From the NCBI GenBank assembly GCA_018882975.1, contig VEQZ01000002.1, forward strand, positions 1 to 52,281: a DNA stretch of 52,281 nt, given 5' to 3'. A model generated the notes under the pieces. It searched no databases, had not been told where the DNA came from, and was given only the letters and a program-made list of their open reading frames with translations. Positions 45,749-52,281 of the stretch are shown piece after piece. Each line of letters begins with the position of its first letter. The stretch's first letter is position 1. Both the position numbers and the translations under genes were made by a program. Source of the DNA: Rhodocyclaceae bacterium (GTDB taxonomy: Bacteria > Pseudomonadota > Gammaproteobacteria > Burkholderiales > UBA3065).

Positions 45749-45768
45749 CGCGACCGGACGCGGTCGCG
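45749..45768 (+). terminator. Stem-loop after acpP (8-bp stem CGCGACCG-gacg-CGGTCGCG) followed by CCTTTA; partial terminator/attenuator
   Basis: A perfect inverted repeat starting 6 nt after the acpP stop. It has only a 3-T run. This is analogous to the acpP-fabF intergenic hairpin known in E. coli. Confidence 0.4.
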
Positions 45769-45842
45769 CCTTTACCGGCCGGCGCCCTGACGTCGGCCGT
45801 CTGAACGCCGGTCAAAAGCGCCGGAGAACGGGGAGAACCGAG

Positions 45843-47081
45843 TTGGCCCGCCGTCGTGTCGTCGTCACCGGAATCGGCATTGTGTCGCCCATCGGCAACA
45901 CCGTTGCCGAAAACCTCGATTCGATGCTCGCCGGGCGTTCCGGCATCACCCGCATCAGCCGTTTCGACGCCTCGGCCATGGCCTGCCAGATCGCCGGCGA
46001 GGTCAAGGGTTTCGATCCGACCCGGTTCATCTCGGCCAAGGAAGTGCGGCGGATGGACACCTTCATCCACTACGGCCTGGCTGCCGGCATCGAAGCGGTA
46101 CGCGATGCCGGCCTTGACACGCCGCTGACCGACCCGACGCGGATCGGCGTCAATATCGGTGCCGGCATCGGCGGTTTGCCGCTGATCGAAGACACCCACA
46201 ACGTCCTGCTCGAGGGTGGTCCGCGCAAGGTTTCGCCGTTCTTCATCCCCGGTTCGATCATCAACATGATCTCCGGAAACCTGTCGATCCAGTTCGGCTT
46301 CAAGGGGCCGAACCTGGCCATGGTCACCGCCTGCACCACGGCGACGCACTGCATCGGCGAGTCAGGACGCATCATCGAGTACGGCGATGCCGACGTGATG
46401 ATCGCCGGCGGCGCTGAAGCCGCCATCTGTCCGCTCGGCATCGCCGGCTTCGCCGCGGCGCGCGCGCTTTCCACCCGCAACGACGACCCGGCCAGCGCGT
46501 CGCGACCGTGGGACGTCGGGCGCGACGGGTTCGTGATGGGCGAGGGTGCCGGCGTTCTGGTGCTCGAGGAATACGAGCATGCCAAGGCCCGTGGCGCGAA
46601 GATCTACTGCGAATTGGCCGGCTACGGCATGAGTGGCGATGCCCACCACATCACCGCGCCCTGCGAGGATGGCGAGGGCGCTTCCCGGTGCATGGTCAAT
46701 GCCTTGCGCAATGCTTCTGCCAATGCGGATGAAGTGGACTACATCAATGCGCACGGCACTTCGACGCCGCTAGGCGATGTCGCCGAACAGATCGCGCTCA
46801 AGCGCGCGCTGGGCGACCACGCCTACAAGGTGGCGGTGAGTTCGACCAAGTCGATGACCGGACACCTGTTGGGTGCGGCCGGTGGCGTGGAGGCGGTGTA
46901 TAGCGTGCTCGCGGTGCACCATCAGGTGGCGCCGCCGACCATCAACCTGCACGAGCAGGACCCGCAGTGCGACCTCGATTTCGTGCCGAACGTCGCACGC
47001 GAGATGAAGATCGGGCTGGCTCTCTCCAACTCGTTCGGTTTTGGCGGCACCAACGGCACGCTGGCCTTTCGCAGGGCCTAG
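45843..47081 (+). CDS. fabF: 3-oxoacyl-ACP synthase II
   Basis: TTG start 7 nt after GGGAG. Sequence: RRVVVTGIGIVSPIGN...MVTACTTATHCIG (active Cys)...INAHGTSTPLGD...SMTGHLLGAAG...NSFGFGGTN. Confidence 0.95.
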   Translation: MARRRVVVTGIGIVSPIGNTVAENLDSMLAGRSGITRISRFDASAMACQIAGEVKGFDPTRFISAKEVRRMDTFIHYGLAAGIEAVRDAGLDTPLTDPTRIGVNIGAGIGGLPLIEDTHNVLLEGGPRKVSPFFIPGSIINMISGNLSIQFGFKGPNLAMVTACTTATHCIGESGRIIEYGDADVMIAGGAEAAICPLGIAGFAAARALSTRNDDPASASRPWDVGRDGFVMGEGAGVLVLEEYEHAKARGAKIYCELAGYGMSGDAHHITAPCEDGEGASRCMVNALRNASANADEVDYINAHGTSTPLGDVAEQIALKRALGDHAYKVAVSSTKSMTGHLLGAAGGVEAVYSVLAVHHQVAPPTINLHEQDPQCDLDFVPNVAREMKIGLALSNSFGFGGTNGTLAFRRA

Positions 47082-47102
47082 GCGCACACCCGCGGGCACG
47101 GC

Positions 47103-47948
47103 GTGGCCGACCACCCGAGCGAACGCCTGAGCCCCGGACCCGACAGCGCAGGGCCCGTTCCCGCCGACGACCGCGGTCTGCTCTACGGCGATGGCGTGTT
47201 TCGCACGTTTCGGCATGGCCCGCGCGGTGTCCTGGATCGCGAAGGGCAGTTCGCCGTGCTTGCCCGTGATTGCGAGGCGCTCGGCATCGCGGCGCCCGGG
47301 GCGGAGCGGCTCGATGCGGCGATTTTCGCCGCCACTCGAGCGAATGTCGCCGCGGAGCAGGTGGTGCGCATCACCGTCACCCGCGGCGGCGGACCGCGCG
47401 GCTACCGCCCGCCGGCCGAGCCGCGACCCGCGCTCTACGTGAACGCCGCAGCAGCGCCCGCGCGCACCGCCTGGGACGCCGGTTACCGCTTGCGCACCTG
47501 TGCCCTGCGCCTCGGGCATCAACCACGGCTGGCCGGCGTCAAGCACCTCAACCGCCTGGAGAATGTACTGGCCCGCGCCGAGTGGGACGATCCGGCGATC
47601 GACGACGGCGTGCTGCTCGGCCAGACCGGTGAGGTGGTGGAGACGGTCTCGGCCAACCTGTTCTGGCGCAGCGGCGACAATGTCTTCACACCGGCCCTCA
47701 ACCTCGCCGGCGTGGCCGGACGGCAACGCGCGCGCGTCCTTGAATGGCTCCGCGCCCATGACACCCCCGTGATGATCGGGCATTTCCCGGCGAGCAGCTT
47801 GGCCAGCGCCGATGAAGCCTGGGTGTGCAATAGCGTCATCGGCCTGCGCGCGGTGACCGCGATGGCCGCACGCGAACCACTGCCTGGTGTGCTGGCCGAG
47901 CGGCTGGCAAAGGCGCTGTTCGCCGACTGGCAAGCGGTAGTGCCGTGA
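47103..47948 (+). CDS. pabC: Aminodeoxychorismate lyase (class IV aminotransferase fold)
   Basis: LLYGDGVFRTF...GVKHLNRLENVLARAEW...ETVSANLFW. It sits between fabF and mltG, as in E. coli. The start is GTG. Confidence 0.8.
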   Translation: MADHPSERLSPGPDSAGPVPADDRGLLYGDGVFRTFRHGPRGVLDREGQFAVLARDCEALGIAAPGAERLDAAIFAATRANVAAEQVVRITVTRGGGPRGYRPPAEPRPALYVNAAAAPARTAWDAGYRLRTCALRLGHQPRLAGVKHLNRLENVLARAEWDDPAIDDGVLLGQTGEVVETVSANLFWRSGDNVFTPALNLAGVAGRQRARVLEWLRAHDTPVMIGHFPASSLASADEAWVCNSVIGLRAVTAMAAREPLPGVLAERLAKALFADWQAVVP

Positions 47949-48973
47949 AGACACGCGCTACAAGGCCCGCCGCACGCCGACCGCTCTGGCACCGGGCGCT
48001 CGCTGCGGCCGCAGGGCTGGTTCTGCTCGCTGTCGGCGTGGTGTTGTGGTACGCCAACAGCCCTTATGACCTGCCGGAAGCCGGCACCACGGTGGACGTC
48101 CCGTACGGCAGCCAACGTGCCGTGGCGCGAAGTCTGGTCGAGCAGGGGGTCGGCTCGCTGGACACGCCATTCTGGCTGTTAGCGCGCTTGAGCGGCCTCG
48201 GCAGCGGCATCAAGGCCGGCCGCTACCAGGTCGAGGCCGGTGCGACGCCTTACACGCTGTTGGAAAAAATGGTGCGCGGCGACACCGTCAAGGTCGCCAT
48301 TACCTTGGTCGAGGGCTGGCGCTTTGCGCAGTGGCGTGCTGCGCTGGCGGCCGAGACCGGCCTGCGCCCGGACACCGCCGACTTGAGCGAAGCCGAGATC
48401 ATGGCCGCGCTCGGCGCGCCGGGCGTGCCGGCCGAAGGGCGCTTTCTGCCAGACACCTATCTGGTGAGCTACGGCACCTCGGACAAGGTGGTGCTGCGCA
48501 TGGCCTACCGCGCCATGCAGGAGGCACTGCAGGCAGCATGGGCCGAGCGCAGCGCCGAGGTGCCGGTGCGCACGCCCGACGAGGCGCTGGTGCTGGCTTC
48601 GATCGTCGAGAAGGAGACCGGCGTCGCCGACGAGCGGCCGCTCATCGCTGGCGTGTTTGGCAACCGCCTGCGCCGCGGCATGCTGCTGCAGACCGACCCG
48701 ACCGTGATCTACGGCCTCGGCGAAGGTTTCAATGGCAACCTGACCAAAGCCGACCTCGGCCGCGACACGCGGTGGAACACCTACACCCGCGCCGGCCTGC
48801 CGCCGACGCCCATCGCCATGCCTGGGCGCGCCGCGCTGGCCGCCGCCACCCGGCCGACGAAGACCGATGCGCTGTATTTCGTCGCCGCTGGCGGTGGCCG
48901 CCACACCTTCTCGGCGACGCTCGAGCAGCACAATGTCGCGGTGCGGAAACTCGTGAAAAGGACGCGCCAGTGA
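47945..48973 (+). CDS. mltG: Endolytic murein transglycosylase MltG (YceG)
   Basis: It has an N-terminal TM helix, then YQVEAGATPYTLLEKMVRGD...LASIVEKETGVADERPLIAGVFGNRLRRGMLLQTDPTVIYG...YNTYTRAGLPPTPIAMPG. The GTGA overlaps the pabC stop. Confidence 0.92.
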   Translation: MKTRATRPAARRPLWHRALAAAAGLVLLAVGVVLWYANSPYDLPEAGTTVDVPYGSQRAVARSLVEQGVGSLDTPFWLLARLSGLGSGIKAGRYQVEAGATPYTLLEKMVRGDTVKVAITLVEGWRFAQWRAALAAETGLRPDTADLSEAEIMAALGAPGVPAEGRFLPDTYLVSYGTSDKVVLRMAYRAMQEALQAAWAERSAEVPVRTPDEALVLASIVEKETGVADERPLIAGVFGNRLRRGMLLQTDPTVIYGLGEGFNGNLTKADLGRDTRWNTYTRAGLPPTPIAMPGRAALAAATRPTKTDALYFVAAGGGRHTFSATLEQHNVAVRKLVKRTRQ

Positions 48974-49581
48974 GCGGGCTGTTCGTCAGCTTCGAGGGCA
49001 TCGACGGGGCCGGCAAGAGCACGCACATCGCGCGGCTGCACCAGCACTTGTTCTCGCGCGGCCTCGACGTCTGTCTGACGCGCGAGCCGGGTGGCACGCC
49101 GCTGGGGGAGTCGATCCGCGAATGGGTGCTGCACCAGCCGGTGGACGTGCTCACCGAGGTGCTGCTGATGTTCGCTGCGCGCGCCGAACACCTGCGGCAG
49201 GTGATCCGCCCGGCGCTGCAGGCCGGGCGGGTGGTGCTGTGCGACCGCTTTAGCGACGCCACACTTGCCTATCAGGGTGCCGGCCGCGGCGTCGACAGGG
49301 TGATGCTGCGCGATCTGGCGACACAGGTCGAGGCCGGCACGCGGCCCTCGCTCACGGTGCTGTTCGACGTGCCCCCGGCGGTGAGCCGGGCGCGGCTCGA
49401 GGGCCTCAAGGCACCGGACCGCTTCGAGCGCGAGCAGCAGGATTTCTTCGAGCGGGTGCGGCAGGGCTATCTGGCGCTGGCGCAGGCCGAGCCGGAACGC
49501 TTTGTGGTGCTCGACGCCAGCCAGCCGATGGATGCGGTCACCGCGGCGCTGCTGCGGGCGGTCGAGGCGCGGCTGGGATGA
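48970..49581 (+). CDS. tmk: dTMP kinase
   Basis: In the frame of ORF 48331..49581. GTG 48970 overlaps the mltG stop (GTGA). Sequence: GLFVSFEGIDGAGKSTHI...LTREPGGTPLGE...CDRFSDATLAYQG. Confidence 0.92.
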   Translation: MSGLFVSFEGIDGAGKSTHIARLHQHLFSRGLDVCLTREPGGTPLGESIREWVLHQPVDVLTEVLLMFAARAEHLRQVIRPALQAGRVVLCDRFSDATLAYQGAGRGVDRVMLRDLATQVEAGTRPSLTVLFDVPPAVSRARLEGLKAPDRFEREQQDFFERVRQGYLALAQAEPERFVVLDASQPMDAVTAALLRAVEARLG

Positions 49582-50651
49582 GCGCGACCGAAGCCCCCGA
49601 CAGCCTGCTCGGCCACATTATAGACCCGCGCGTGGCACTGCCGGCGTGGTTGTCGCCGCACACGACGCGCCTGTTGGCGCGGCGCGAAGCCTTCCCGCAC
49701 GCGCTGCTGCTCAGCGGCGGTGCTGGCGCCGCGCTGGACAGCCTGGCCGAGGCGCTGGCAGCCGGTTTGTTGTGCGATGCGCCCTTGACTGACGGCGCCC
49801 CCTGCGGCGACTGCGCGGCTTGCCGGCTGCTCGCCGCCGGCACCCACCCCGACCTGCTCTGGTTGAGCCCGGCCGAGGCCGACGAGGACGCCGGTCGCAA
49901 GGCTTCGAGCCAGATCCGCATCGAGGCAGTGCGGCAACTCATCGGCACGCTGGCGCTGCGCCCGCACCATGGCGCGACGCGCGTGAGCGTCATCGACCCG
50001 GCCGAGGCCATGAATGCGGCCACCGCCAACGCCCTGCTCAAGGTGCTCGAGGAGCCGCCGCCGGGCAATGTGCTGCTGCTGCTCAGCCTGCGGCCCCTGC
50101 GGCTGCTGCCGACCCTCCGCAGCCGCTGTCTGCAGCTGCGTGTGGTGCGGCCGGAGGGGGTGGGCTGGGCTGCCGCGGTCGGCGATGGCTCGGTGGACGC
50201 CCCTGAAAATGGCTCGTCCGGCACAGTCGACCCGGCGCTTGCCGAACTCGCCGCCTTCCTCCGCGACCCCGCGCCCGAGGCCGCCGCCCGCGCGGTGTGG
50301 CCGGCGCAGCGCGCGCTGCTCGATGCGCTGGCGCGTGGCGCACGACTGGGCGTGCCGGCCGCCGCCCGTACTGCGGGGCTCACCCTGCCGGCGGCGCTGG
50401 ATGTGCTGTCGCGCTGGGTGCACGACCTCGCACGGGTGCAGGCCGGCGGCACACCGCGTTTCCTGCCCGGCCGAGCGACTCCGCTGGCCAAGGTGGCGGC
50501 CGAGGCCGACCGGCAGGGGTTGATGCACATGGGCGCAAGACTGGCCGAATGGCAGCGCCACGCCAACCATCCCTTGCTCGCCAGCTTGACAGTCGCCGAC
50601 ATCCTGCTGGAATACCGCGCCGAACTGTTTCCGGCGGCGCGCGCGGCGTGA
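49578..50651 (+). CDS. holB: DNA polymerase III subunit delta-prime
   Basis: PHALLLSGGAGAALDSLAEALAAGLLC...CGDCAACRLLAAGTHPDL (zinc module)...NALLKVLEEPP...LRSRC. It overlaps the tmk stop (ATGA). Confidence 0.88.
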   Translation: MSATEAPDSLLGHIIDPRVALPAWLSPHTTRLLARREAFPHALLLSGGAGAALDSLAEALAAGLLCDAPLTDGAPCGDCAACRLLAAGTHPDLLWLSPAEADEDAGRKASSQIRIEAVRQLIGTLALRPHHGATRVSVIDPAEAMNAATANALLKVLEEPPPGNVLLLLSLRPLRLLPTLRSRCLQLRVVRPEGVGWAAAVGDGSVDAPENGSSGTVDPALAELAAFLRDPAPEAAARAVWPAQRALLDALARGARLGVPAAARTAGLTLPAALDVLSRWVHDLARVQAGGTPRFLPGRATPLAKVAAEADRQGLMHMGARLAEWQRHANHPLLASLTVADILLEYRAELFPAARAA

Positions 50652-50730
50652 ACCCTGACCCCTCGGGAACCCTGCCCACCCGACGCTGCCCTCACTTCGA
50701 CCCACCTGCCGTCCGCTGATGCCCAAGGCC

Positions 50731-51504
50731 ATGAAACTCGTCGATTCGCACTGCCACCTCGATTTCCCCGACCTCGCCGCCGACCTCGACGGCATCCTCG
50801 CGCGCATGGCCGAAAACGGCGTCGAGCGCGCCATGTGCATCTCGGTCACGCTGCAGGACCTGCCGCGCGTCATCGCTTTGGCCGAGCGCCATCCGCAGCT
50901 GTGGGCCACGGTCGGCGTCCACCCGGATTACGAGGACACGCTCGAGCCGACCGTCGATGAGCTGGTGCGTCTGGCCGACCACCCGCGCGTGCTGGCGATC
51001 GGCGAGACCGGGCTCGACTACTACCGCCTCACCGGCGACCTCGAGTGGCAGCGGCAGCGCTTCCGCACCCACATCCGCGCCGCCCGGTGCATCGGCAAGC
51101 CGCTGGTCATCCACACCCGCAGTTCTTCGGCGGACACGCTCAGGATCATGGAGGAGGAGGGCGCGGCCGAGGTCGGCGGGGTGATGCACTGCTTCACCGA
51201 GAGCCAGGCGGTGGCCGACGCCGCCATCGCCATGAACTTCGTCATCTCGTTCTCGGGCATCGTCACCTTCAAGAACGCGCGTGAGTTGCAGGCGGTGGCG
51301 CAGACCATCCCGCTCGACCGCATGCTGGTCGAGACCGACTCGCCCTATCTGGCGCCGGTGCCGCACCGGGGCAAGACCAATCAGCCGGCCTGGGTGCGGC
51401 ACGTGGCTGAATTCATCGCGCAGTTGCGCGGGGTCGCGCCGGAGGTCATTGCCGAGGCCACCACCGCCAATTTCGAGCGGGTTTTTCTGCGGGGTGCGGC
51501 GTGA
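50731..51504 (+). CDS. ycfH: TatD-family metal-dependent hydrolase (YcfH-type by synteny)
   Basis: MKLVDSHCHLDF...GVHPD...AIGETGLDYY...QRFRTHIRAA...LVIHTR...GVMHCFTES...SFSGIVTFKNA...LVETDSPYLAP. The track start ATG 50719 (MPKA-) is an alternative. Confidence 0.9.
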   Translation: MKLVDSHCHLDFPDLAADLDGILARMAENGVERAMCISVTLQDLPRVIALAERHPQLWATVGVHPDYEDTLEPTVDELVRLADHPRVLAIGETGLDYYRLTGDLEWQRQRFRTHIRAARCIGKPLVIHTRSSSADTLRIMEEEGAAEVGGVMHCFTESQAVADAAIAMNFVISFSGIVTFKNARELQAVAQTIPLDRMLVETDSPYLAPVPHRGKTNQPAWVRHVAEFIAQLRGVAPEVIAEATTANFERVFLRGAA

Positions 51505-52184
51505 GTCTGGCGGCCATGGTGTTGGCGGCTGCGCTGCCCTTTTTCGACCGCCAGTTCACTTACGACGACGTGGTGATCGCAGTGCGCAATTCCAAGCTCG
51601 CCAGCGTTGCCGAGTATCTGGCGCAGGGCGCCGATGTCGACGCCACCGACGCCGAGGGCAACACCCTGCTGATGCTCGCCGTACGCGAAAAGGACGCGCC
51701 AATGACCGACCTGCTGCTGCGGGCACGGGCCAAGGTCAACGCGCGCAATCTGCGCAACGAGACGCCACTGATGGCGGCGGCGTGGAGCCGCTGCGAGCCC
51801 TGCGTGGCCCTGCTGCTGGAGCGCGAGGCGGTGGTGGACAACCCGCTCGCGCCGTGGACGCCGCTGCACTACGCCGCGCATCAGGGCGACGCGCGCATCG
51901 TCGAGTTGCTGCTCAAGGCCGGTGCCAATCCTGATGCGCGCTCCGCCAACGGCACCACGCCGCTGATGATGGGCGCCATGTCGGGCGTGCCGGAGGTGGC
52001 GCGCGCGCTGCTCAAGGCCGGCGCCGACCCCAAGCTGCGCAACGTCAACCAGGACCGCGCCGAGGACCTCGCGCTCAAGCGTGGCCACACCAATTACGCG
52101 GCGCTGACGCGTGGGGAGGAGCCGCGGTCTCTGGTCAAACGGGTGCTGGAGGCGGTGTTGCCGAAGGGGAAGGGCGGGGAGTAA
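51501..52184 (+). CDS. Ankyrin-repeat protein with hydrophobic N-terminus
   Basis: GTG start overlapping the ycfH stop. There are about five ANK repeats (GNTLLMLAVREKDAPMTDLLLRARAKVNA; ETPLMAAAWSRCEPCVALLL; WTPLHYAAHQGDARIVELLLKAGANPDA; TTPLMMGAMSGVPEVARALLKAGADP). The N-terminus MSLAAMVLAAALPFF may be a signal or anchor. Confidence 0.8.
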   Translation: MSLAAMVLAAALPFFDRQFTYDDVVIAVRNSKLASVAEYLAQGADVDATDAEGNTLLMLAVREKDAPMTDLLLRARAKVNARNLRNETPLMAAAWSRCEPCVALLLEREAVVDNPLAPWTPLHYAAHQGDARIVELLLKAGANPDARSANGTTPLMMGAMSGVPEVARALLKAGADPKLRNVNQDRAEDLALKRGHTNYAALTRGEEPRSLVKRVLEAVLPKGKGGE

Positions 52185-52281
52185 GGGGCGCGGCGCGGCC
52201 CTACGGGTTGGACCGCAAACGGTCGGCGCATAATCCCAGGTCTAGTCAGACAAGGCGGCGTTCCAGCGCATGGTGCATGGC

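Noticed and set aside
52246-52281. Tail of a possible minus-strand ORF at the window end (...AMHHALERRLV-stop).
   Set aside because: Only 11 codons are visible, so there is no way to support a gene call or a family.

Overview
This is a 52.3-kb, very GC-rich chromosomal segment (roughly two-thirds G+C by eye, strong GC3 bias). Gene content and order look betaproteobacterial. I call 41 protein-coding genes, almost all core housekeeping.

Genes in order:
- RND efflux pair (MFP + permease, permease cut by the window start), preceded by an orphan type IV pilin gene
- mutL, miaA
- rhlE-DUF3301
- pyrG, eno, ftsB
- a small secreted protein plus a 974-aa three-domain glycosyltransferase
- alaS, a lipoprotein, clpB
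- zf-CHCC protein, ilvE, glnE
- YhdP-like giant protein, Nit hydrolase, tldD, accA, tilS
- an MCP, PIN-PhoH ATPase, bcp
- the E. coli-like block yceF / yceD-rpmF-plsX-fabH-fabD-fabG-acpP-fabF-pabC-mltG-tmk-holB-ycfH
- an ankyrin-repeat protein

I saw no rRNA, tRNA, CRISPR array, transposase, integrase, restriction-modification, toxin-antitoxin or phage genes. I therefore read this as an ordinary core region, not an obvious defence or mobile island, and I cannot point to a convincing new multi-gene system.

Places that deserve a second look:
1. An in-frame 31-codon extension after the mutL TAG stop that ends in a degenerate copy of the MutL C-terminus.
2. tilS, whose PP-loop lies upstream of the first canonical start codon. 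A CTG start behind a perfect AAGGAG is likely.
3. The two-gene insertion ftsB | secreted protein + tri-domain glycosyltransferase | alaS.
4. An MCP with a C-terminal cytoplasmic Cache-like sensor domain.
5. A MarR-family gene remnant fused directly behind the clpB stop.
6. Several short coding tandem repeats.

Many long ORFs in the supplied track are antisense or out-of-frame shadow ORFs typical of high-GC DNA and were rejected. Start codons were adjusted by hand where N-terminal homology patterns were clear. All family assignments come from motif recognition by eye, not from database searches.
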